A stretch of DNA of 64,000 nt from Eledone cirrhosa (lineage: Eukaryota). The position numbers and the translations under genes are program-made. Shown here in pieces: positions 32,486 through 47,144 of this stretch; position 1 is the stretch's first letter; each line of letters starts with the position of its first letter. Where the stretch lies: assembly GCA_964016885.1 (NCBI GenBank), contig OZ024753.1:4154001-4218000 (forward strand). The letters are read 5' to 3'. The notes under the pieces were generated by a model that did no database searches, was not told where the DNA came from, and worked only from the letters and a program-made list of their open reading frames with translations.

Positions 32486-33391
32486 GTATATATATGTATA
32501 ATTATATCATACTTTCGTAGAAGATAGTGCAGTATTATGAAGTTTGACAATGTATTTATTATACGTGGAATAAGATTAAACATTTATACTTGATAATCTG
32601 TATTAGTAATCCGGGAGTATGTTCAAAATTTTCTTCGACAAAATCAAAATCAAATATAAAATGTTATGGAAACTTATTTCTGTTCTACTGTGTTAGGTAT
32701 TGCTCGCACGTAGTTTCTATAGTTCTTCAGATTAACTTTGATCAATTTATTTGGCAAGACGGAAAGAAAATGGCGTATTATCGTTTGAATTAATTTACAG
32801 ATGGGTTGAAATTTAATATATTCCGATCATGTATGTATCTTATAATCTAGAAAGAATGAGTCAAAACATTTTTTTGTAAAATACAAATATATCTTCTTAT
32901 GTTTATGTTATTGTATTTTGTATTTGTTTACGACGGCTTTTGTCCGTCTGTATGTTAATGTTTAAGTGAGATATTTTGTATTATGATTTTATGTCTTTTT
33001 TTTATAGAGGAAAATTAATCTCGCCCAAAGAGATTCCAACATTTGTTTGTATAAAAATTAAAACACAATCACGCACACAGCAATAAAACCACTTTCACAA
33101 GCTTCTAGCGTATTTACATACCAACATACAAAGAGTGAACGAAAACCTTTGAAACATAAAAAAGACAATCTTTCAACAATTTAATACACATTTCTCTGGG
33201 ATATTCTGAATTAGAAGTAATAAAAGATGCATCCAAAATATGATCTAACAAATATCGTGTTTAATGAATATATATGATTATATAACAATAAACAAACTTA
33301 TCCATCGTTACATGGACGGTGGTAAACTTTTACTTGTATGTGAAACCATGTGACGGGGTATCGCATGGTGTCACGCACACAGACATACGCA

Positions 33392-33426
<35 letters not shown>

Positions 33427-35007
33427 ATCTCGAAAATTATCGGCGGGTATCCGCAGTTACAAAAGGTGCTCAATACATTTGTAGAGTTGTAGGGTACACG
33501 CATCGTTATTATGAAATCATCAGAAATATATAAGCATGTGTGTGAGTGTGTGTCTTTGCGTGTGCATATAGCGTGTGCATATACGTGTGCATATGTATGT
33601 ATATAAATATATCTATCTATAAGTATAATATATATATATATATATACATATATATATTTTCACCCACCCACACCCACATCCACACACGTATATATATATA
33701 TATTCACATATATATATATCCATATATATATATGGGTGGTGTTTCCTTCAGGTAATTTACGTGTAAGCAGGTTTATCCAATACAAATGTTACTTTGCCAG
33801 GACCTGCACCGACACATAGAATACCCACCCTCATGTTGGCGAACCGGGCAAAATTATATATATGAGGGTGAGTTAACTGCGCACCCTGTTTTAGAAACTA
33901 AAGTCTAAATATGAAAAATAAAATAACGCAATTAATAATATAAGCGCATAAAAATATTTGTATTACTCGTATGTCATCGGACAATTCTCATACGCAGCTC
34001 AGACATCTTGTTCATTTGTACATATCCCCAAGGAAATAACAAAGTAGTAACACGAGATTGTGTGGGTGGAATAGTCAAATAATTTTTCCCTGAGGCATTA
34101 TATATTGCATAACCGTTATTATATTGTGCAATGAAATATACGTTTCGGTATATTTCTGTTCATATCATGCGTTATATACATGATTTCTTTTTCTAAATAA
34201 GATTTGTGAATACCAACGAAATATGAATTGCTTTAAGCTCCTTATATTTAGATAATTATGACTAATGCCATTTTGTTTCCGTCGTTACATTTCTCGGCAA
34301 TCACTAATTATTTAACACATAACATATTTATAAACTTAATTATTCAGTTGATATGAATTTCTGAAAAAGCATGTTTTCTGGTCTCTTCCGTCTCCCCCAC
34401 TACAAAATATATATATATTTTGAATATATGTTAGTTGTGTGCGTGTGTGTGTATTCATATGTATACATACGTTTGTATGAGGGTATGTGTTTAAAAGCTA
34501 TCTTTTTCTAGTGTATTACAATATATCTAAGACATGGTCTCTCTCTAAATACATTTAAGGGCGTCAATGATCTGATTCAGTTTATTAAATGAAATATATC
34601 CTCCTCGGATAATATAAACGCCTATGTTCTAATATATATTCTCTTTATGAAGTCTCACACATTTGTTTTGCACAAGTAATCGTAAATTGTTGTTTCATCA
34701 TCAGTTTCTATATTCAGTTACAGATAATTCTCATGTGATATACTATCCTGTAAAATACTTTATAATCCTGTTTCAGAAAATATATTCATTTTATTGTCAA
34801 ATATTAATTTGAAAATATGTGTTAATGCATGCGGCGAGGTTATATTTCAAACATTTGCATCGGGAGAAATTCCACATAATAAATAAGGAAATACCTTTCA
34901 AGAATGCACCATTCAACACGTTGGAAATAGCAACCGAAACTCTCACAAAGAGAACAGCTCATTGTTAACAATAGTTTCTGATTTAGGCACAAAACACTAA
35001 TATGTAT

Positions 35008-35318
35008 TGTTAACTTTGCCTTTCATCCTTATGGGGTCGATAAAATAAAGTACCAGTAATACACTGGGTCATTGCTGGCCTTGTGCTAAAAGTAGAAACA
35101 ATTATTGCCACACGTAAAGGGTGGATTGGCAGAATCGGTATAGAGGGTCGGACGCCTTGCTTTACAGCATGGAGTTACGCCCCTTTACGGTTTGAGTTCA
35201 AATCCCCCCGCGGTTAACTTTGCCTTTCATCATTAAGGGGTCGATAAAATAAAGTACCAGTAATGCACTGCGTTAGCTGCTGGCATTGTGCCAAAAGTAG
35301 AAACAATTATTACCACAC
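35008..35318 (+). mobile_element. Two tandem SINE family 1 copies (5'-truncated 35008-35105; full 35121-35310)
   Basis: Both carry the central motif and tail; both are followed by CCACACGT, a possible target-site duplication of the second. Confidence 0.88.
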
Positions 35319-35348
35319 GTGTAAAACACCCCAAAGTAGAGGATGGCA

Positions 35349-35471
35349 ATATTAGAAAGAGTCGGGGACCGACGGTTGATCTCTTGCCCTCTCAACAGAG
35401 AATTCCAGACTCACGAACTAGCTGTTTAAACGGCAAGAGCTCAGTTGTCGGGCCCCGATGCTTTCTAATAT
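35349..35471. repeat. Small imperfect inverted-repeat element (MITE-like hairpin)
   Basis: ATATTAGAAAGAGTCGGGGACCGACGGTTGATCTCTTGCC ... GGCAAGAGCTCAGTTGTCGGGCCCCGATGCTTTCTAATAT; about 40-bp arms, about 43-bp spacer. Confidence 0.7.
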
Positions 35472-36050
35472 ATATATATATATTAGAGTAGAAGTATATA
35501 GTTGATATCACAGGTCAGTGAGTGAGATCCATTGTATTATTATTCGTTCGTAATAATGTATGTTCTTAGGTATCTAATTCTTTTCTCTTACGTACACTAC
35601 ATTGTCTCCCTGATTAGCTGTACCAATGAGTAGCTGTACCAATTGGACATAACAGTGGGATTCTGTCCCAACTGTATAATTATCATATGTGCTAATTTTT
35701 AAAACCTTAATAACATGAATTTCAGTGTTTGCCAAGTATAGACTTGGTTTGAGATAACATTCTGCTCAATCTTCATAATTTAATATCCGGTAGAAATATT
35801 TAAAATATTCATATTCATCAAATATATTAAATTGAAAACATTGATATACAGAAAGTGCTTGGCATGAATTCCTCTCAGAGAACTGGTTTATTAATTAAAT
35901 AGAAACGTATATCATGTTAATCACTGAGTGCATGAGTAATGTGATATATATTTTATGGTGGGTGTGACTAAAGCCTTCTAATAGTTCTCGAAATTGTAAC
36001 ATGAAAGGGGTATGGTCGATTGCATTATCAACGAAAATGTTCTTCCCTTA

Positions 36051-36097
<47 letters not shown>

Positions 36098-36130
36098 TAT
36101 ATATATATATATATATATATAGATATATAG

Positions 36131-36166
<36 letters not shown>

Positions 36167-36349
36167 GTAAACAAGAGGTATAACTGGGCATTTCATAATT
36201 TAATTCTTTACGCTAATGAAAGCAGTAAACTATGAAGTGTCGACTTATATCTCGTGTTTATAAATCTGCTCCGGAGTTACCAGACCCTCTTATGGACAGC
36301 ATTGAGTGCTGTACCCTGCATTGTGTGTTAAACTAACACATAAGCTGAT

Positions 36350-36380
<31 letters not shown>

Positions 36381-38559
36381 ATACACACATTTAAGTGATA
36401 TACAAACCGTTTTCCATATAACTAGTATTATGTACATACATATGGAAAGACATACAATAAATGTACTCACTGAAAGTAGTAATGAAGCGGTCATCACAAA
36501 GTTAGTCGGTTGGATTAGTACGTATGGGGCATTGTCGAAAATGACATCGATCAATGCCTCTATAACATTATAAAATATCTGAAGCCTGCTATATGTCCGA
36601 AACTGATAAAGATCATCTAATTTGGGCACGCTGACCTTTCAGATTTCATATTTAAGCGTGACTTATGTTTGTTTTAATAAATGTATGCAAATGCCCTCAA
36701 TGAAGAGACCGGAACTGTATAATTGTGCAACTTTGATATAAATTAAATAAGTGTATCATGAGGTATAGTTAATATTGGTGCAGATTTGTTGATGGCTGCC
36801 GTGGATACACTATTTTGAAAGTGAACTGCTTCTGCAACAGGAATCCCCATCACCGACGACTACAAAAGTCAAGGGACTGATGATGATGATGAGGATGATG
36901 ATAGTTTATTAGTAGAACACACTTTTCTTGATAACTTACGAATAGGCTATATCTAATTTGAAAATCGAATGCGGTACGTGACAGAAATAGGAAGGAGTCA
37001 GCTCCGTAGTGTTGTAGGACACGCCAAAAAACTCACATATTAGTGGGTATAGTGTAAAGAATTTATGTTATTGGGAAATGTTTAGTGTGAAATTGTTATC
37101 TTTCAGTCGATATCAAAGACCTAAATAATATAACTCTGCTGTTTCATCATGTAAATCGATGTACTCATCATTTCAATACAATATCGTATTTCAATGAAAC
37201 GTTCCACCTCACAAGCAAACCAAAAACACCTCCATATAAGTAATATAGGTTTATTCTAAAGCAATGCAGTCAATATTTTCCCTAACAGTTGAAATATTTC
37301 ATTTGTTTGTATATTTCATTACATTTTGACACATTAATGTACAATACCATATGATGGATGATGGTATTTATTATAATTGCCGACATTATTATGGTGTATT
37401 TCTACAATTAAGATAGAATAGATAAAAGTGAAGAATACAACGACACTCTACTTCCTGTTTTCACTAAGGAGAATTTAATCTTGTAAAAGTAATAAATACT
37501 GACGGTAGGAAATTGATTTTGGTCTGAGACTATTATTGTTTTTACTTTGGTCAATATTATAGTGGTTTCATTGTAGTTATTGAAATATATTCTAAGATAT
37601 TATGAATAGCCTGATAAACATTGCCGGTTTTATTCAAAATGATATATTTCGAAATCCAGTTAAGTATGTGTGTAATATTCCTGAATGGATCCTTGTAGTA
37701 AATACATTTCCACATCTATGCAGAATCTCATATATGTATATATTAAAAAAAGATCAACTCATAACAAAATAATATCAAACATCGGTCTATTTTGTATGCC
37801 TGTGCACATATGTATGTATGTGCAAGTGATGAAAATGAAAAATAGTTAGTTATTGCAGAAGTGTAATATAAATCCTATTTAAATAGAAAAGTTACATTTG
37901 ATTCCATTTCCCTTTCTTCACGAATTTCGAATGGAAATAAATTTGTCCAACTAAAGTTGCTTGTTTTTGTCTTGTGGTTTTATATTTTGATCTTTAGATT
38001 ATATATTAAAAAGAAAAACACGGCAGTATACTTGAAAATTATAATAGTTTTCACGTTGAAAATATATTTATTTATCTTGTAATAATTGACTTGCAGTTCT
38101 TCGAAAGTTTAGAGATAATGATTTGCACACTAAAATTTAGTAGCTTTAATCAATATTAGATATCAGATCGTTTTCGCAAAGTTAACCTTTTAAATGGTTC
38201 ACTGTGTTTTACACAAATATTATAGTCAGTATATTATGATTATTCAATATATAATTTATATAGAAATATATAAAACATGATGCTTTTCATATAACTACAC
38301 AGAATTCTATTTCTTCATTTGTTGGAATTTTGCCTGCTGATATTATCTTCCAAATTTATAATTAGGCATTAAAATGGATATTACATACACATTTGTGTAA
38401 TAGATTATTATTAATATTACTTATATTTGTATCATTATTATTATAATTTTTTCGCATACCTTGAAAAGAGTAAACCTGACACCAGGACTCAAAATGTGGT
38501 AATAAATTGATTTTACAATCAAGTGTAATACATAGTATACCACAAGAATATAAACAACA

Positions 38560-39310
38560 GTAAATATTTTTGCGAAGGTTTTAAGTTGGTAATGCCTTCT
38601 CAGAACTATTTTTCGTATCCCTTGCGAAGATAGCTTTTCATGTCTTTGGTTCAAATATTTGTCAATTCATTTTTTATCACTCCAAATGTATTGGATATCA
38701 CTGGTATTGTACAGAATTTAATATGTCACATTTACTCAATTTCATTTGTCAGATCTTTATAAGTACTGAGCTTTCAGAAATGAAATGTCAATTAAGAAAC
38801 AGGTTTTCTCTTTATGGTCCTTCAAAATTATATCACATCTGTTGGCATTGATTGTTCTGTCAGTGTCCACATGGAAATCCCGTAGGATTGTCACATTCTC
38901 ACCTCTTGTTACTGTATCTGGGTGATGGATGTACCATTTCCCTCTGTTGTTTATGTTTTATATCATACAGCCTGCATATTACGCAGTGTAACTATTGCCC
39001 CATTCTATCATGCCTCACTTTATATTCCTGGGGATCTAGTACTTTGCAGCCTGACACAAGGTAGTTAATGGTCCCAGCATGCTCATCTCGGAATAGACGC
39101 TTTAATTTAGTTCTATTTTTGATCACATTGGATTGAAAGTTGTGCGTTGAAAGACCCTAGTCTTGTGTAGACAAAAGGAACCCTTCGTCCCTGATTTTGG
39201 TTCAAAGGTTTTGCCAATATTTTGAGGTTCTTTGCAACTTTAATCACAAAATCCCACATTGTACCCTCCTGTGCTATCTTTAATGTATTCTTAACGTGAG
39301 ACCTTCGTGG
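38560..39310 (-). mobile_element. R4/Dong-clade non-LTR retrotransposon 3' fragment (CCHC knuckle region + restriction-like endonuclease), decayed
   Basis: Manual minus translation: TINYLVSGCKVLDPQEYKVRHDRMGQ*LH...HHPDTVTRGENVTILRDFHVDTDRTINANRCDIILKDHKEKTCFLIDI...KLSTYKDL, the 'RHD...WD..i.TD..i.anRPDiv.......lID.....K..KY.dL' signature; TAA-rich flanks. Confidence 0.85.
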
Positions 39311-40686
39311 CTGATAAATAAGTAATAAGTATTATTATCATTATCATTATTCCTCTTCTTGGCTTCACACGAATTTCGCATCGGATCAGTAATTTTCTCT
39401 GATTTCTCACATGTTTATCATAATTCAACTGCTTTAAATTCTATTTGATGTTTGTTAATTAATTAGTGTGCACACTCGGGGTAATGTTTGTAGCTGAAAT
39501 ACATGCACACCGAAATTTGTGTGACCAAACTGGCGAACAGTCTACGAAATAGTTCAACGTTGAAGAAAAACGATTTCACCTCAACCCCAGTGTAAACAAT
39601 GCCAGCTCTACAATCACTGGAAGTAAAGAAAAACCAAACAACGACATTAACGATAACATCTAAAGAACATTTACCATCAGTGTGGCATATAGTAATGAAA
39701 CCAATATGAACAGCAGCTGTAGCGATTCATAGAATTAAAGAAAAAAGCTACCTCTCCATCATCAATGAAACCACCACAATGGTGACGGAAGGGCAGGGCT
39801 CAACTGCCAAAAAGAGCAAAACTACCAACTTTAATACGATCAACATCATCACTGACACCATAACAAACAGCAACACTATGACCACTACGACGACCACTAT
39901 AACAACAGTAACGTAAACTGTACACTACAAAAAGTATATATGTGGCCATGACAAGAAGAGTTAAATAACCTATATTTCAACCTACCAACAAACAATTTTC
40001 CCTAAAGAATAATTAATACGGCTTCATTAAACTCGTGCCTACAACTCTAAAGTCGAGACACAGGAGTATTTAGTGAATTAAGCAGGTAAAACTTAGTGTA
40101 TGAAGTGGATCATATATAATTCAGATGGAACTAGGTATTGTTTTCGGAAGCACAGGTCATCTACGTTTAATTACTTAAATATTATGTATTAATTATTGAT
40201 TTTTCACATATATTTATATAATCTTCTTTGTCAAATTCTCATTATATACATTCTATAACTTTCTTAACACAGTCACGTTTATATAGCTTTAACAACAAAA
40301 TAATACCTGAAAAAGATTACACAATATATATTTAGAATATAACGGGACATAACGTATTGGACAGTAAACATGACAACTATATATAGTACAAGTATATAAA
40401 GCAATATTATACAAGTAAAATGAAAGCAATTTTACATAGGTAAAAATGGTTGAGTAGTTAGTTATTTTGGAAATATTGCAAAGTATTGATTTTCCTGTTT
40501 GTTTTGACGTAACTACATACACTAATAATGTCTTCATAAGTGATCATCAAAAATGGGACATTTTGCATAGTTTATATTATGATGTTTTATATCTTGCATT
40601 CGCCTATAACACATATATCCATACACATAAACAACACACTCAAGCTTACAAGCATGCGGACATACAGATACAACTCCACACGCGGA

Positions 40687-40719
<33 letters not shown>

Positions 40720-40721
<2 letters not shown>

Positions 40722-41087
40722 TCTTCATTTTATGTCCGCTTTTCCCTGCTTGGAAGGGTGGCACGGGTCCTATTCACCACAGCATCTCCCCACTTGTCAT
40801 ATACATATGTATAGTAACAATGCGTGTGGTCGGGGAGTACACACTCAACGTAAATAAAAAGATTTCCGAGCAAGGTGTTTTGCGGAAGACCAGCGAACTC
40901 CCATGGATACCTTGCTTCCCCCCCTCCATGGTACCAACATTACCCAAGAGAAAGGTATAAGGCTAAGCGAAATGACGGGAAATAAAATGTCTTGCTTAAG
41001 TACACAACCCGTTGCCCGGGCTGCGAATCGAACACACAGTATCAGGAATGTTATCGGACTCTCTAACCACTAAGCTATGCGCCTTCA
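40720..41087 (-). mobile_element. tRNA-derived SINE family 2 with a possible LINE-derived tail
   Basis: Minus strand GAAGGCGCATAGCTTAGTGGTTAG (A box) ... GTTCGATTC (B box) ... GTTGTGTACTTAAGCAAGACATTTT; 3' extent uncertain. Confidence 0.65.
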
Positions 41088-42149
41088 CGTAATTCTTTCT
41101 ATTAGTATATATATATATATATATATATATATGCATTTGTGTGTATGCATATATATATATGCATATGCATTTGTGTGTATGCATATATATATATATATGC
41201 ATTTGTGTGTATGCACCGCTGAATTAAATCTATATTTGTTATTTCCACACGAACGCCTATTTGATATGCCAGTGTGTTTGAGTAATTTGCACATATAAAC
41301 TAAGATATGTTATTCTGTTCTAAAATAATACAAACACAATTGAAATACTTTATAACATACGCAAGACGTATGACATATATAACTAAATGCATTATTTGTA
41401 CGCCTTTGAATATCATTAAGATCGACATTTTTGTAAAACTGTTATTTTCGAAGTAAAACGTCGTAAATTGCATATAATCATTGGTAGAATTCTTTCGATC
41501 AAATGTATATGAACCAATAAGAAAATACACATGTAAACAAGCATAGAGAAAGGGAAAAACATCTCAACTGGATTTTATTGAAAGATAGTGTACGAGATGG
41601 AAAACAATTTTTCTAATTTACAATTTAAAATGTAAATACATGGGTTCTAATATATGTGATTACTCCTAAACATTGCTCGTGTGTTCAGTTGTGAAAGAGA
41701 AGACAACGTAACTTAATAGGAAAACTTGATGAAATATTTCTTATTTAGACAGAATATGTAGGAATAAAAACTTTACCGGTGCTCCTATTAAGTGGTGTGA
41801 TAATTTGTTTGTTTTAATCTAATGTCAGATTTATTGCCTTTAAAGTTTGTCGGACATCATAGATCTGATCTTGTATACGCACTGTAATTTAAGGGGAAAA
41901 AACACCGGCTAGATATACAATGCTATGTTTCACAGATTGATAATAGAAGAAAATAAAAAAGTAACCGATTAATAAACTAAATCGGCTCTATCACACGAAT
42001 GAATAATACCACTTTCCTACATATACAGATGAGAAAGGCGTAATATTTTGTATCCGTATTTAACTAAATTGTTTACATTTTACGTATTTGCCTTTTAGGT
42101 TTTGTTTCTGTTTTCAATATCTTCACTGTAATTATCTATACATTGACAC

Positions 42150-42870
42150 AATCACATGCATGAAAGTTTCAGATAAATACACATGCTACATACGACTAGA
42201 AGAATTAAAAAACACACTTATCAGCAGAAACAACCCTCCATCCCTAATCAACAATGGATTCCAACGTGCCCTAAAACTCGACATCCAGGAACTCAGATAC
42301 CCCAAACCCAGGAATGAACCGCAACAGAAAACTCTACCATACATCTCCACACACAACCCCCTCAACAATGAGACATTCGACACCATCCTCCAGAATATTC
42401 CTATACTAAAAAGAGACCTAAGAATGAACAGAATCCTCCAAACACACAACATCATAAAGAGCAAAAGACAAACTAAATCCATAAAACATCCTCACACAAG
42501 CCAAAATCCAACAAACCCTCACAATGAACCCTACAGTAACAACATGCGGAAGGCCCAACTGTGGCATATGCATAAATCTAATAGAAGGTTCAACATTCCA
42601 TTTTAAACAAGGCCAATATTTTACAGTTAAACACAACTTTACATGTGCATCTGAAAACTTAATCTATATTTTGACCTGCTCAGGTTGTCAAGAGCACTAC
42701 ATAGGACAGACAAAAAACAGCCTCCGACAACGTCCATGAATCACAAATCAAAATACAAGAATACAGAAAGATTGCGTTTAGTGAACATATAGCCAATTGT
42801 GCACCCAACCAACATCCAAACTTAACAATTTTTTCCCATTTACTGTCGGAAAACAGAAGATTTCTCCCAT
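42150..42870 (+). mobile_element. Second Penelope-like element fragment (Neptune-type C-terminus with GIY-YIG), frameshifted
   Basis: RLEELKNTLISRNNPPSLI...LPYISTHNP and CGRPNCGIC...FTCASENLIYILTCSGCQEHYIGQTKNSLRQR. Confidence 0.88.
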
Positions 42871-44787
42871 AGAGTGATAAAGAGAACGAGAGAAAAGAAG
42901 TGAGACATATATATATAGATGAAGAATCGATCCCAGTACTGTACTGGTACTTTTTAATCAACCTCACATGGATGAAAGGTAATGTTGGTCTCGTTTCACC
43001 TTAGAAATTCAGTTAAACAGGTTTGATTTTACTTGGTAATCAAAACAGCGCTGCATGCTGTCTAATCGAATTGTTGTGGTGAGAATTCATATTTTATTTC
43101 AGACAAGTTGTTTAAATCATTTTGTATGCACAAATGATGACATACATCTAAATATGATTTTAACACATCAGTAAGAATATAGTGTTTATCATATAGTGCA
43201 TGTGACTACACTTTTCTTCTACTATTTTCGATTCCTTGAAATATTCCAACTTGTCTTAACAGTAAAAAGTAGTTAAGTATGGTTAAAATCGTTTCTTAAT
43301 CGTAGGGGATCGGACCTTGCTGTGGGTTACAACAATTGTATTGCATATTAAATGTTTCCTTTATTATTACAAGTACAATCGTCATATCTGTTAACATTTA
43401 AATTATACTGAACTCGCCAAGTTTGGTGGATGACCTTATTTGTCTTCTGTCTTTTACTTTATTTCGTTTTTCCTGTGGCGTATTTACGTTTAAATAATCT
43501 AAAAAAGACTTTTGTTTAGAATCCACTGATATTATGGCATTTGTATATGAGATGTATCTCTCAGATGTAACAATGTGGAATATGGGTTTCACGCAGAGAA
43601 AACTATTAACGTTAATTGAAATAGAAACATTGGAAATAATTTCATACACACTACAAAACATTAATCATATTCCAACATTCAGACAGTACTTTACATTAGA
43701 CTATACATAATCTCACCACGCTGCCCGTAAAGAAATGTTCACAATTGTCGTAGATTGGAAGATAAACGTGAAGAAAAACATGTCAAGTAAATGATAAAAT
43801 ATAAAATATGTTGTATGTGGAAAACATCTATTCCATTTTAATATATACAATGGTATCTGCTATTACTGAATGTTCTATTTGTTGGCCTAGTACGTCCTAT
43901 GTTTTCTTAATCAAAGACACTCGATGGGTTACCCCTAAAATCTAAATAGATGGCCATTTCAAAATATGCTCATTGTGTCATTCTCTGAAACATTGTTCTG
44001 GTGTATGTTTATATAACTTATTTACTGCCAGTATCTCAGAATGATGTCCTATTTAGAGTCCGATAATCCACAATCTATACCGTTCTATTGTTCTTTTGTT
44101 GGCTGTGGGCGACCAGAGACAATCCAGGTAATTGTCCCTTACGGAATTCTACAAAGTCTGCACATACTTGTTTTAAACGCATCCATGCATAATTGATACA
44201 TGTGTATAATGATTCATGTCATTTAGTTAATGCTCTTTAAGTTCCGAGTTCAAATAGTCTTTCATCCTTCCGAGTCCGATTGATTGAAATACAAGTTAAA
44301 TACTGATATCGATATAATCAACGTTTCACCTATACCGACCCCTGAAGGCAATTAATGGATTTGTGATTAATTAGAAATCATTACCATATGATTGTAGTAG
44401 TTTCCATTGTGATGTCTTTAATCATGTGTCATGTTGTATTTTCGTCCCCGTTTTATCTCCTGCACGCCTCAGATGCTGCTGCAATTCGTTTTGTCTATTT
44501 ACTTATACAATTTCATCACGTAGTAATTACATAGCCGAAATACGTGCTCCTACTTTGGCATACAAATCTATAACCCCGTTTAATTTGCTTTCAATTTTTT
44601 TCACAGTTTATATCTTTTATTTGTTTCGTCACACCTGTCAGTTTTTCCAGACTCCGTTCTGTATATTTAGGTTTCACTGAAGACAGAAAACAATTTACGT
44701 ATTATTCGTGTTTTGTAACGTTGTTATGTTTTTCGTTTTCAGCGACTATATAATTGCATTCTCCTACAATGGTTATTTTATAATGGA

Positions 44788-45159
44788 CTAGCAGATGTAC
44801 CCGGCGTTGCTCGGGAAATGAATGACAGCCTGAATTGTTCAAGGTCGTTTATGGCTTAGCTAGCAATTTCTGAGTGCATGTCAGCTTATGTCAGCTAATT
44901 GGCTAGCAAATGAGAGGTCGCCTCAATAGCACGTGCCAAATCGGCCTAGTACTTCAAAAGTTAAAAGGAGCCTAGTATTTGTACACAGACATATACACAC
45001 ACAAAATCAATTTTTCAGCCCCAATACCTGCTCTGGCATATAAGCAATACGTGTGCCAAATTTGGTTGAAATCGGCCTAGTACTTCAAAAGTTAAAAGGA
45101 GCCTAGTATGTGTAGACAGACAGACACACACAGACCGACTTGCTTTTATATATAAAAGA
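44788..45159 (-). mobile_element. Non-autonomous Helitron
   Basis: Minus strand starts A|TCTTTTATATATAAAAG and ends with hairpin CCCGAGC AAC GCCGGG then TACATCTGCTAG|T; inserted between A and T with no TSD; internal duplication (about 44945-45000 vs 45070-45125). Confidence 0.85.
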
Positions 45160-45723
45160 TTACTACTTTCACAAAGAATATACATGTCTATGTTCGTTGA
45201 AAGGATTAGATTAATTCGTAAGACAACCAATTGTAAAAGCAAAACAATGTAATAGACATACACGCTTTAGCTGTGCCATTTGTAACATATGGGTATCAGA
45301 TTTTCAAATGAATTAGAAAGACAAGGCAGAAAAATATGGACTCACGATCAGTCCGGATTAGCATGCTATTTTAATAAATCTAGGTAGATGATTCATGAAT
45401 GGAGTGATCTTTAAATATTTCACTGTATTTGCAGAACCGTTTACCATATACCAAAATATTGTTAGTTCTAGTTTAATCAGGTTAAATGATCCTAAATTAC
45501 GTCCTGTCAAAGACATGTAATTTAGTTGTCAAATAGGGCTATTGCTTGTGTTTTCTATATCGGTAATCCTGGATGTATACATATATTGTGTAATCTGCTT
45601 AATTGGGAATATTTTGACACACCTTGCAAGTTTCCCCAATACATGCATCGAAATCAGTTCTCTTTCTCAGAATAGTGTTTCTGTATCAAATGAAAATACT
45701 GTTTTTCCTCATTATATTCTTAA

Positions 45724-45903
45724 TTGGCAGTATCGGTAGAGGGTTGGACGCCATGCTTTCTAGTATAGTGACGTACCTTTACAGTCTGAGTTCAAATCCT
45801 GCCGAGGTTAATTTTGCCTTTCATCCTTACGTGGTCGATAAAATAAAGTACCAGTAACATACTGGGTAATTTGCTGGCCTTGTGCCGAATATAGAAGCAA
45901 TTA
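45724..45903 (+). mobile_element. tRNA-derived SINE family 1
   Basis: A box, B box and central motif as in the other copies. Confidence 0.88.
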
Positions 45904-47144
45904 TATTCTTAATCTAAGATTTTGTAAAATCCCTCTTTCCTGAAGCTGAACATCACATTTCTAAGGGAATTCTCCCCTCTATTTTGTATTGCTTTCTTTT
46001 GGATATGCATCATAAGCATACCCTATTTACGCTGCATATATTTATTTGTATAGCTTGTTCCTAATTTCTATCATAATACGATACTCACCATAACATATCT
46101 TGTCATTTTACAATGCAACAATACATTCAGATAGATGTGCTGCATTATCGTGAAATTTGCTTTTTCACGTTTGTGTTTTATCTCCCTCCAAGTATCTAAT
46201 AGAAATATGTATGAAAATATGCAATCAAATAGTTCGAGGCTGTCAGTATTCGATAGGAAAAGGAAGACTATCTTTTGTTTACTGAATTTTGAATAGTGAG
46301 ACAATTTCAATTATATATATTCCTCGGTGAATGTAGCAATTTCATGATTATGCTATGTAAAATAGTTCAATTACAAACGTACATGTATTTAGCTTCTATA
46401 TATTGGTAGATCTAAATAATTTAGAGCGCCTATTACTATGTGGAGGGGAAAAAAGAAGTCTGGTCTCTATTTTACCATTATATCCGGCAGAAAATGCACA
46501 TTCTTAATAATCAGAAATAGGTGGCAAATGTTTTCATGGAATGTTCTTATATCCTAATAGGGTAATATTAGATTTCCCTAGTCCGCTCATCCCTATTCTA
46601 GAATTCTATGATTTTTATTCATGACAGATTTAATATATCTGCTTATATTTGGTGGTTCATCGTTAATGCTAATGATTCCAGCATTTGCGTATTTCAAATG
46701 CTGTCCTTATTGATTTGTGATATAATATGATATAATATAATATGATATACCACATTAAAATAAAGTATAGTATAATATAATACGAATATATATAATATAA
46801 TATAATATAATAAAACGTAGTGATTAACAATTTAACGACACCAGGATTTAAAAATTTGATAGTTGCAGCAGTAAAGCAATATTATTTGAACGTAAATTCC
46901 GGTATTAAAAAAGTCTAATAAAACTGGTCAAATATAATAAAATTTGCTTTAAGAAGCAAATTTATAAACGGAGACAGTTGTTATACATATTTATCTGAAC
47001 GCCATCTCTTATAAAATGCGCTTTAAACGCCATATATGTCTAGTGCGTAGAAAGTTATTTTTTAATAAATTGCAATTGTTTATTATATGGAATGAATGGA
47101 TTTGAAAAGGTACTCACGTCCGAACAAGTATCCTCCATTACCAT

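Noticed and set aside
33420-33920. Possible DNA-transposon ends split by TA tracts
   Set aside because: No matching terminal inverted repeat pair could be identified.
36420-36630. Minus ORF with RLQIFYNVIEALI, faintly hAT-like
   Set aside because: Single short weak motif, no supporting neighbours.
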